Assembly: GCA_964580765.1 (NCBI GenBank)
Contig: CAZOKW010000002.1
Span: forward strand, 1-58,226
From: an uncultured Candidatus Saccharibacteria bacterium
GTDB taxonomy: Bacteria > Patescibacteriota > Minisyncoccia > 2-02-FULL-40-12 > IGHO2-12-FULL-4
Direction: 5' to 3'
Length of the DNA: 58,226 nucleotides
In this document: positions 1-7,761 of the stretch, one piece after another
How the letters are laid out: every line of letters begins with the position of its first letter
Numbering within the stretch: the stretch's first letter is position 1
Made by a program: the position numbers and the translations under genes
The notes under the pieces: model-generated
What the model saw: only the letters and a program-made list of their open reading frames with translations
The model's database searches: none
Told to the model about the DNA's origin: nothing

Positions 1-13
1 CAAGTAAGAAAAT

Positions 14-1429
14 ATGGCAGCCAAACTGGAAAACATTGTTTTTTATATTTTAATCGTTGCCATCCCTTTTCAGATCAGGGTTATTTTAAAAATGTGGGGG
101 GAGAGTTTTAATGAATGGAACTCCGCTTATTTGTACGGTACGGATATTTTAGTTCTAACCCTTTTTGCTTTTTGGCTACTAAGACGAATAACTTATCGAG
201 GGCGCAGGGGAACACTTTTTGCGTCGCATGGAAGGTTCCGCAACGATGGCCATAACGGCTTCGATGGCCCGTTGCGGAATCCCTGTAGCACCGCCGAGAC
301 AAAAAGTATGTTCACCGGAGCCCCTAATTTATTTTTGCTTGTTTTTTTAGGCATCACCGCCCTTTCTTTGGCTGTAGCGGATAATTTGGCGCTTGGTTTA
401 TATCGTTTTATTAAAATTTTAGAATTGGCCGGACTGTATTTTTATGTCCAAGCATATCTGGGTAGAACTATTAGCATCAGAGGATCATTTTTAGCCGTTA
501 TCGTCTCCGGATTTTTTCAAAGCATAATCGCGATTGGCCAATCTTTATTTCAGCACAACTTGGGTTTAAAATGGCTGGGAGAGTCAGTTTTAAGAACCAA
601 TTTTAGCGGGGTGGCCGTAGTGGCTACGGAGGGAGAAAAGTTTTTGCGGGCTTATGGTACTACCCCGCACCCCAATGTTTTAGCGGCCTGGCTTTGGCTG
701 GCTATTTTCGCCTTTTATTTTTTATTTTTATACCGTAGCCAAAAATCAACTCGAGATTATTTTTTATTAATAATTTATCCCATCTTGCTTTGGGGCCTAT
801 TTTCTACTTTTTCCAGAGTAGCCATTGGTTTATGGGTAGCGGGCGTGTTTATCCGACTACTGGCTATTTTGTTTAAAAGAAAAAAATACAATCTTGGGCA
901 GGATTTTAAAAAGAAGCTGCGGCAACTGACGGTCGTAACTACGGCGACGGTGGTTCTGTTTGGTTTTTTTCATTGGCCTCAGGTGCGATCACGGCTGTTT
1001 GTTTCTCCTCAAGATCAAGCGGTCAGCCAAAGAATTTTTTATGCTAAAACAGCGGGGGAGATGATCTTAAAGAAACCATGGTTGGGAGTCGGTCTGGGAC
1101 AGTATGTTAACGCCATGTCAGCTTCGTTCAAAAATTATCCGGATTATTTTTATCAGCCGGTGCACAATATTTACCTTCTGATTGCCAATGAGGCCGGTTT
1201 TTTGGGACTGGCCGCTTTTCTCGGCTGGCTGGCTGTTTTAATTGTTGAATATTGGCGAAGAACCAAATTTCAAGAACTTTACCACTTTTCTTTTTTTATT
1301 GTTTTTACATCTATTTTGATGATGGGGTTATTTGATCATTTTCTTTGGACTCTTCAGCAGGGTCAGCTTATTTTTTGGCTGACCTTGGGACTAATCTTTG
1401 CTTTCGGAAAATCATTAGAAGTAGTATAA
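14..1429 (+). CDS. O-antigen ligase / Wzy_C-family polytopic membrane protein carrying an in-frame repeat-element insertion
   Basis: 471-aa ORF with many hydrophobic spans. 'QPVHNIYLLIANEAGFLGL' resembles the HN.yL...E.G..G signature of Wzy_C/WaaL-type ligases. Residues ~62-104 are encoded by repeat element 197-324. Confidence 0.7.
   Translation: MAAKLENIVFYILIVAIPFQIRVILKMWGESFNEWNSAYLYGTDILVLTLFAFWLLRRITYRGRRGTLFASHGRFRNDGHNGFDGPLRNPCSTAETKSMFTGAPNLFLLVFLGITALSLAVADNLALGLYRFIKILELAGLYFYVQAYLGRTISIRGSFLAVIVSGFFQSIIAIGQSLFQHNLGLKWLGESVLRTNFSGVAVVATEGEKFLRAYGTTPHPNVLAAWLWLAIFAFYFLFLYRSQKSTRDYFLLIIYPILLWGLFSTFSRVAIGLWVAGVFIRLLAILFKRKKYNLGQDFKKKLRQLTVVTTATVVLFGFFHWPQVRSRLFVSPQDQAVSQRIFYAKTAGEMILKKPWLGVGLGQYVNAMSASFKNYPDYFYQPVHNIYLLIANEAGFLGLAAFLGWLAVLIVEYWRRTKFQELYHFSFFIVFTSILMMGLFDHFLWTLQQGQLIFWLTLGLIFAFGKSLEVV
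197..324. repeat. Family-1 palindromic element, long (nested) form, in-frame inside the ligase CDS
   Basis: Near-identical reverse-complement copy at 26009-26136. Its termini match the short form at 3737-3805 and 22139-22204. Confidence 0.85.
1214..1395 (+). repeat. 182-bp direct repeat, copy 1 (3' end of the ligase gene)
   Basis: By my reading identical to 3515-3696, at a constant offset of 2301 bp. Confidence 0.9.
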
Positions 1430-1438
1430 TCGTCCAGT

Positions 1439-3340
1439 ATGGAAAATCCTAAATTTCTCAAAGAAAAATACAATCTTCACAATACTCCGGAAGTAGATTC
1501 GGCGGCCAAAAGAACTGGAGAAAAGGTGCCTCAAAATCCGGAGAAGCGGATTCAAAATTATCTTGACCGGCTGGAACGCTTAGCTCTTGACCCTGACAAA
1601 GAACAAAAAAGAAAAATGTTAGGAGACGAATCGCGTCCTCGCGGTCTGATGCTCTTGCGGGAAATGGTGATGAATAAATATGTGCGCTCCCATAAAGAAA
1701 AAATGGCCGAGGGAGCGGCTAGAGTGGAAGAGCGTGCGGCCAGAGAACTTGGCATTGATGTTCATTATGGAGAGCAGGAACTGGCCCAAAGAGGAGAAAT
1801 CGCTGTTGAAGATTTGGAAAAATCCCTAGATAACTGGATTTTATATCTTTCCGATGCCAACGAACCATATCCTGTTTGGTTTAGGTATTATGTTTTCCGC
1901 AATATCCTTGATTTGGGTGATTATGACAAAGATAAGGGAGAATTCACCAAGCGTTCCGAAGGAACTATTCGTCTTTTCCCTGAAATAGATCGTGGTGCTT
2001 TAGCTTATGTCCAAGATATCATTGAATCTTCTAAAGATTCTGCCACTCTTGAGCGCTTAAGAAATGCGCAAGAAACAGCGGGTACGCCCAAAGATCAACT
2101 TGTCACCAAAGAAAAAGCTGCGAACTTTGCCAAACTCTCTTTTGCTAAACAATATGTCGAAGGAATCAAGCAAGCGGGAGAGATTACTCCGGAAATGAGA
2201 GAAGAAGTTAAAGGTAAATGGGTAAAATATCAAAAAGGAACCGACCCCACTGCTCTATGGGCATCTCTCCAAAACAAAGGCACGGCTTGGTGCACTAAGG
2301 GTTTCGCCACGGCCGAAACACAACTCAAGGGCGGAGATTTTTATGTTTATTACACTTATGACAAACAAGGTAAGCCAGCCATCCCTCGCATTGCCATTAG
2401 AATGCAGGAAGACAGTATTGCGGAAGTCCGCGGAGTGGCTGACAATGTACAGAATCTTGAGGGAAAAATGGTTGATATTGCCGGAGCGAAGATGAAGGAA
2501 CTGCCCGGAGCGGAAAGATATCGCAAAATATCGGCGGACATGAAATATTTAACCTTGGTAGAAAAGAAAGCAAAAACGGGCCAACAACTAAATAAAGATG
2601 ACTTAACTTTTCTTTACGAAATCAATTCTTCCATTGAAGGTTTTGGTTATCAAACAGATCCTAGAATTGCTGAATTAAGAGCGAAAAGAAACCCGGAAGA
2701 AGACATGTTTGTTGTCCTGGATTGTTCTAAAGAACAAGTGGCGCACACCGCATCGGAAATCACTGAAAGCACTAAGGCCTATTTGGGACCGCTTGAGCCG
2801 GGAATTTTTGATGCTATCCAGCAACATGGGATTGAACAGGTCTTCACTTCTTTTCCGGAAGGCAAAATAAGAAAATTTGAGGCGGTTATCGGTGGGCAAA
2901 CATCCAAAGAATTGCAGAAGGAGCTGAAAGAAAAGAAAATTAACCTCACTAACTATTCCACAGATACGCTTAACAGTAAAGAATTTACTACTCTTAAAAA
3001 TCCGGAACAAATTGACCTAGTCTGTTTGAAAGTAAGAGATCTAGGATTTAAAAACGGAGCCACTACTGATGAAATTTATAGTAAAGCAAAAAAATTGGGT
3101 TTAGAACTTTGTCCAGCCGAAGTCGGTCCACACCTAAGGATTCAATATTTGGACCAACCCTTAGGAGAATGGCTTTGGATTGCCATGAAACAAATTACTG
3201 ACCGTGTCGGCTACCCGGATATCTTCGACTTGGGACGCAGCGAGGACGGTCTGTGGTTGAGCGACAATTGGGCGCGTCCGGGCGGCAGGTGGCATGCAGA
3301 GTATGAGTTTGTCTTCTCCTTTCGCAAGTTAAAATCTTAA
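1439..3340 (+). CDS. hypothetical 633-aa soluble protein with no domain I can name
   Basis: Long uninterrupted ORF, ATG 10 nt after the ligase stop, charged and helical N-terminus. It is the only gene between the two 182-bp direct repeats. Confidence 0.7.
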   Translation: MENPKFLKEKYNLHNTPEVDSAAKRTGEKVPQNPEKRIQNYLDRLERLALDPDKEQKRKMLGDESRPRGLMLLREMVMNKYVRSHKEKMAEGAARVEERAARELGIDVHYGEQELAQRGEIAVEDLEKSLDNWILYLSDANEPYPVWFRYYVFRNILDLGDYDKDKGEFTKRSEGTIRLFPEIDRGALAYVQDIIESSKDSATLERLRNAQETAGTPKDQLVTKEKAANFAKLSFAKQYVEGIKQAGEITPEMREEVKGKWVKYQKGTDPTALWASLQNKGTAWCTKGFATAETQLKGGDFYVYYTYDKQGKPAIPRIAIRMQEDSIAEVRGVADNVQNLEGKMVDIAGAKMKELPGAERYRKISADMKYLTLVEKKAKTGQQLNKDDLTFLYEINSSIEGFGYQTDPRIAELRAKRNPEEDMFVVLDCSKEQVAHTASEITESTKAYLGPLEPGIFDAIQQHGIEQVFTSFPEGKIRKFEAVIGGQTSKELQKELKEKKINLTNYSTDTLNSKEFTTLKNPEQIDLVCLKVRDLGFKNGATTDEIYSKAKKLGLELCPAEVGPHLRIQYLDQPLGEWLWIAMKQITDRVGYPDIFDLGRSEDGLWLSDNWARPGGRWHAEYEFVFSFRKLKS

Positions 3341-3505
3341 GTTCTTAAAAATTTTGCAACGGGAAACTTGGTTTCTTAAACTCTTTGACACTTTCTTCAA
3401 AAAATTTGCTACTCTTATACTAGATTGGTTGTATCGAACGGGCATGCCTTTTCGAGACCTTTCCAACAAGTGCAAGTTGAGAGCGTGGGTGGCTAGTGGA
3501 GCGAA

Positions 3506-3727
3506 TTGTTCTCGGCTTTTCTCGGCTGGCTGGCTGTTTTAATTGTTGAATATTGGCGAAGAACCAAATTTCAAGAACTTTACCACTTTTCTTTTTTTAT
3601 TGTTTTTACATCTATTTTGATGATGGGGTTATTTGATCATTTTCTTTGGACTCTTCAGCAGGGTCAGCTTATTTTTTGGCTGACCTTGGGACTAATGTCT
3701 TCTTTTTCCAAAAATCCGTATAAATAG
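3506..3727 (+). pseudogene. orphan duplicated 3' fragment of the O-antigen-ligase gene
   Basis: Encodes the same ~60 C-terminal residues as 1214-1395 (FLGWLAVLIVEYWRRTKFQ...LTLGL). It has no upstream part of the gene and a different tail. Confidence 0.75.
3515..3696 (+). repeat. 182-bp direct repeat, copy 2
   Basis: Identical to 1214-1395. Confidence 0.9.
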
Positions 3728-3736
3728 TACAATCAA

Positions 3737-3805
3737 CCAGAGGCGGAGTGGGGACACTTTTTGCGAGCACCGCCGAGACAAAAAGTATGTCCACCGTAGC
3801 CTCTC
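3737..3805. repeat. Family-1 palindromic element, short form, intergenic
   Basis: CCAGAGGCGGAGTGGGGACACTTTTTG...CAAAAAGTATGTCCACCGTAGCCTCTC forms an imperfect hairpin. It abuts the ATG of the next gene. Confidence 0.85.
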
Positions 3806-4504
3806 ATGTTTTTTAATCGAATTATGGAAAATCTGCTAATTTTCATTCAAAACCACGCGCCGGTTTTAATTGACCACACCTACCGGTTTTTATTTTTGGG
3901 AGGGTTGATCGAGGGAATGAACACGCTGGTTTTGGGGGGATTCATCGCTTCGACCGGGCAGGTTAAATTACATTTACTGATTCCTTTACTGGTCATAGCG
4001 CATACCCTAAATGGTTACGGCTGGTATCTGGTTGGCTATTTGGGAGGAGCCAAAGCGTTGGATAAATGGGGACATAAAAACAAGATCAGTCACCAGGTGA
4101 TAAATAAAATTGAGGACTATTTCAAAAGATATAGCGGAAGAACGATTATGTTTGCCAAGTTCACTTTTTCTCTGGAAATCGCCACCATGATTTTGTGCGG
4201 GTCGCTGAAGTACAACTTGAAAAAGTTTTCCAAATATAATTTTTATGGTTCGGCTGGTTGGGTTTTTATGACCACCTTGGTGGGCTATTTTTTTGGTCAA
4301 AGTTTTAAATTAATTTTTAATGTTCTGAAAAGTTTTACTCTCTTGATGCTTTTTTTGGCCGCGGCGATCATTTTGATTTATATTTTAAAAATTTTGCTTA
4401 AAAAATACTTTGTCAGTTATTTGACCATTCAAGAAAAACTCAAAGAATGGACGGACCGGATCCGCGACGGGTTTGATGATCTGCTGTCTAACGGCAAAGA
4501 TTAG
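3806..4504 (+). CDS. DedA/SNARE-associated family membrane protein
   Basis: 232 aa and multi-TM. Layout and motifs (LIEG...G, GYLGG) look typical of the DedA family. Confidence 0.6.
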   Translation: MFFNRIMENLLIFIQNHAPVLIDHTYRFLFLGGLIEGMNTLVLGGFIASTGQVKLHLLIPLLVIAHTLNGYGWYLVGYLGGAKALDKWGHKNKISHQVINKIEDYFKRYSGRTIMFAKFTFSLEIATMILCGSLKYNLKKFSKYNFYGSAGWVFMTTLVGYFFGQSFKLIFNVLKSFTLLMLFLAAAIILIYILKILLKKYFVSYLTIQEKLKEWTDRIRDGFDDLLSNGKD

Positions 4505-4569
4505 GGAGATAGGCGTTGTGGATAAGTTTTGGAAGTTTATCTCTGATTGTGCTATACTTTTGAGCATAG

Positions 4570-5778
4570 ATGAAGAAATTAAGAAAACTTTATTTTATAG
4601 GGCTTTTTGCTTTACTTTTAGCGCCTTTTACGGTTTTTGCCGCTGACGGCACTCGTTATTTAGTAAAATCCAACAGTCAGTTTTGGAAGAAAACTTTCAA
4701 CGCCAGGCATGATTTTAAAGATGGTTTTACGGCTGATCTCAATGATTGGCAGTTTCGTTTTGGTAAAATTTTGGGAGTGAGTATTGAGCCGGTGGGAATT
4801 CTGCAGGTTTTGCCGGAACAAGAAGTCAAGGAAGTGAAAGCGGTCAAGGGTATGGTTAAAACCCGTCTGTTGCCTAGCGACCAGACCCCCTGGGGGATAG
4901 AAAGTATTTATAATGATGTCAATATTGCTAAAACTTCCGGAGGAGACGGAGTAAAAGTGGCTATAGTAGATACGGGTGTAACTGTCGGTCATCCGGATCT
5001 GAAGGCCCGTATTTCAAAATGCAAGGACTTTACTAATTTGCGTTTTCCAGTCGTTAACGGCAAATGCGAAGACAAAAACGGCCATGGCACCCATGTGGCC
5101 GGAGTTATTTTGGCCGATGGCGGGGCGGACGGGTTGGGAATTTATGGGGTAGCTCCAGCTGCTGTTTTATATGCTTTAAAGGCCTGTTCTCTTAACGGAA
5201 CTTGTTATGCTGATGATGTGGCGGCGGCCATTAAAAATGCCGCTGACGATGGAGCAAATATTATTAATTTAAGTTTAGGGTCTGACCGTCCCTCTGTCTT
5301 GATAGACGAAGCGGTAAATTATGCCGTTTCCAAGGGCGTACTGGTGGTGGCCGCGGCCGGCAATGACGGACCTTATCCGGAAAGTATTGATTATCCGGCA
5401 GCTAAAAGCAATGTGGTGGCCATAGGCGCTTTTGATTCTAACTTTAAAATAGCCGATTGGAGCTCTCGCGGAATAAACAGTCAGACCGTCCCGCTGGTGA
5501 TTGAAGAAAAAGATATGGAACTGGCCGCGCCGGGGGTCAATATTGAATCCACTTGGAATAACGGCGGATATGCGGTGTTGTCCGGTACTTCCATGGCTTC
5601 TCCTTTTGTGGCCGGTTTAGTGGCTAAACTTTGGTCTGATTTTTCTTTAGAACCCGATCCGGCTCAAGCGGTCAGAGAATTTTTGCATAAAATCGTGTTT
5701 GATATTGACTTGCCGGGAGAAGACAATACTTCCGGATTTGGTTTTGCCAGAGTGCCGTTGCCAATACCACAACCTTAA
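4570..5778 (+). CDS. secreted subtilisin-like serine protease (peptidase S8)
   Basis: Signal peptide plus the catalytic triad motifs VAIVDTGV (Asp), HGTHVAG (His) and GTSMASPFVAG (Ser). Confidence 0.9.
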   Translation: MKKLRKLYFIGLFALLLAPFTVFAADGTRYLVKSNSQFWKKTFNARHDFKDGFTADLNDWQFRFGKILGVSIEPVGILQVLPEQEVKEVKAVKGMVKTRLLPSDQTPWGIESIYNDVNIAKTSGGDGVKVAIVDTGVTVGHPDLKARISKCKDFTNLRFPVVNGKCEDKNGHGTHVAGVILADGGADGLGIYGVAPAAVLYALKACSLNGTCYADDVAAAIKNAADDGANIINLSLGSDRPSVLIDEAVNYAVSKGVLVVAAAGNDGPYPESIDYPAAKSNVVAIGAFDSNFKIADWSSRGINSQTVPLVIEEKDMELAAPGVNIESTWNNGGYAVLSGTSMASPFVAGLVAKLWSDFSLEPDPAQAVREFLHKIVFDIDLPGEDNTSGFGFARVPLPIPQP

Positions 5779-5796
5779 AACTGGGACTTTTTCCTC

Positions 5797-6456
5797 ATGG
5801 TTAACCGCGTTATTAAGCGTTTAGTTATTTCTGATTTTATTTTTAATTTTGCTTTTGGTTTGCTGGGCCCGATTTTCGCTATTTTTATTTTAAAAAATGT
5901 GCCTGGCAGTTCTTTGAAGGTCATTGGTTTATCCACGGCTTTCTATTGGATATCCCGCACTCTCACCACTGTGCCATTGTCCCGCTTTATGGACAAAACA
6001 GATGGAGAACGGGACGAATTCTATTTTTCTCTGTTTGGTTCTTTTCTTATCGCCTCCATTCCGCTTTTTTACCTATTGATCAAAGCGCCCTGGCACTTAT
6101 ATCTTATTCAACTTATCTATGGGATAGGTAACTCTATGGCCGTACCGGCTTGGCGGATTTTATTCACCGACCATATTGATAAAGGGAAAACAGGATATGA
6201 GTGGTCTTTGGAGGATGTGGCCATTGGCATCTCCGTCGGCATCAGCGCTTATCTAGGTTCAATTTTGGCGGAAAAATTCGGTTTTAGCGTGGTGTTAATT
6301 CTTTTGTCTTCTTTAGGTTATGTGGCTACTCTTGTTCTCATTCCTTTATATAAAGATGCCAAAACCTTGGCCCAAATTAAACGGGAAAAGCGTCTGCAAA
6401 TTATCTTAGAAAAACGCAAAAACCCTACTCCATTTAAGATTGATGGAGTGAGGTAA
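5797..6456 (+). CDS. half-size (about 6 TM) MFS-like membrane protein
   Basis: 219 aa and hydrophobic, with an MFS-like loop 'SRFMDKTDGERDE'. Weak assignment. Confidence 0.4.
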   Translation: MVNRVIKRLVISDFIFNFAFGLLGPIFAIFILKNVPGSSLKVIGLSTAFYWISRTLTTVPLSRFMDKTDGERDEFYFSLFGSFLIASIPLFYLLIKAPWHLYLIQLIYGIGNSMAVPAWRILFTDHIDKGKTGYEWSLEDVAIGISVGISAYLGSILAEKFGFSVVLILLSSLGYVATLVLIPLYKDAKTLAQIKREKRLQIILEKRKNPTPFKIDGVR

Positions 6457-6485
6457 CAAAAAAAACACTTCTTGAGATTTAAATT

Positions 6486-7658
6486 GTGACTAAAAGAATC
6501 TTACTGGTCGGAGGAGGGAGCGGGGGACATGTTTTTCCTTTGATGGCCGTGGCCGAATCTTTGCAGAAACTGGCCACTCAACAGGGGCGGGGGTTAAAAT
6601 TGACTTTGCTGGGAGAAGGAAAGTTTTTTGAAGAAGCGGCCAGGCAAAGCGGTCTGCCATATAAAAAATTTATGACCGGCAAAATGCGCCGGTATTTCAG
6701 TTTGGCCAATTTGACCGATCTGCCAAAAATGCTCATCGGCCTAGTTCAATCTTTTTGGTATCTTTTTTGGCTGATGCCCGATGCGGTTTTTACCAAGGGA
6801 GGATATGCCTCGGTTCCGCCGGCTATGGCCGCTAAATTTTTCTTTATTCCTCTTTATGTCCACGATTCTGATGCCATCCCCGGAGCGGCCAACCGTTGGC
6901 TGGGTCGTTTGGCCAAAAAAGTTTTCATTTCTTTTGAAATGGCTCGGCAGTATTTCCGGCCCGATAAAACAGAGCTAACCGGCAATCCGATCCGTAATGA
7001 AATTTTAAACGGGGACCGCAATCAAGCTCTGTCTTTTTTTCAATTATCCAATCAACTGCCAACCGTTTTAGTTTTAGGCGGTAGTCAGGGGGCGCAGAAA
7101 ATTAACGATATCGTCGTTCAATCAGCTCTCAAATTGACCGAGAAGTTTCAAATCATTCACCAAACAGGAGATCTAAACTATTCCGCCGTGCAAAAATCCG
7201 TTGAACTTGAACTTGGAAACGGGGTTTCCAAGTCGGAAACCCCGTTTCCAAGTCGCTATCGGGTTTATCCATTTTTGGACTCAACTAATTTGTCTTTGGC
7301 TTATGCCGCCGCTGATGTGGTTGTCTCCCGTTCCGGCGCCAACCTTCTTTCGGAAATTTCCGCTCTGGGCAAACCGGCCGTTGTTATTCCCATCAAAAGA
7401 TCGGCCGCCAATCACCAGTATTACAACGCCGTTGAATTTTCCAAATTTGGCGGAATAATTATTGAGGAAGATAATCTTGTTCCCAGCGTTTTTATCAATC
7501 AAATTGAAAACGCTTACCAAAACCGGGCGGAACTTGGTCAGAAAATAAAAGGTTTTGTTTACCCCGTACGAGATCGCGAGGGCCCACAGCGTGACCCTAG
7601 CTCGTATGGGGCCAATCTTGACGCCGCCGACAAAATCGCTAATTCCCTGCTAAATTAA
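6486..7658 (+). CDS. murG: UDP-GlcNAc:lipid I N-acetylglucosaminyltransferase MurG, with two in-frame palindromic inserts
   Basis: GTG start. N-terminal 'LVGGGSGGHVFPLMAVAE' G-loop, 'LGGSQGA' and a C-terminal 'SRSGANLLSEI' block. Confidence 0.85.
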   Translation: MTKRILLVGGGSGGHVFPLMAVAESLQKLATQQGRGLKLTLLGEGKFFEEAARQSGLPYKKFMTGKMRRYFSLANLTDLPKMLIGLVQSFWYLFWLMPDAVFTKGGYASVPPAMAAKFFFIPLYVHDSDAIPGAANRWLGRLAKKVFISFEMARQYFRPDKTELTGNPIRNEILNGDRNQALSFFQLSNQLPTVLVLGGSQGAQKINDIVVQSALKLTEKFQIIHQTGDLNYSAVQKSVELELGNGVSKSETPFPSRYRVYPFLDSTNLSLAYAAADVVVSRSGANLLSEISALGKPAVVIPIKRSAANHQYYNAVEFSKFGGIIIEEDNLVPSVFINQIENAYQNRAELGQKIKGFVYPVRDREGPQRDPSSYGANLDAADKIANSLLN

Positions 7659-7663
7659 CTAGT

Positions 7664-7692
7664 TTGACTCTGTGCTACTTTTAGTGTATAAT
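7664..7692 (+). promoter_or_regulatory. consensus sigma70-type promoter (TTGACT-17 nt-TATAAT)
   Basis: TTGACT at 7664-7669, a 17-nt spacer and TATAAT at 7687-7692. AAAGGAGG SD at ~7748 before the ATG at 7762. Confidence 0.6.
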
Positions 7693-7761
7693 AATAGAAA
7701 GTAGAATCTGTCCTTTTCCAACATATAACATATACCAAATAGACCAAAAAGGAGGTCCGGA

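Noticed and set aside
3354-3542. A 62-aa ORF between the 633-aa gene and the duplicated ligase fragment.
   Set aside because: It has no SD, runs into the direct repeat out of frame with the ligase sequence, and has a low-complexity composition. I treat it as non-coding spacer of the inserted segment.
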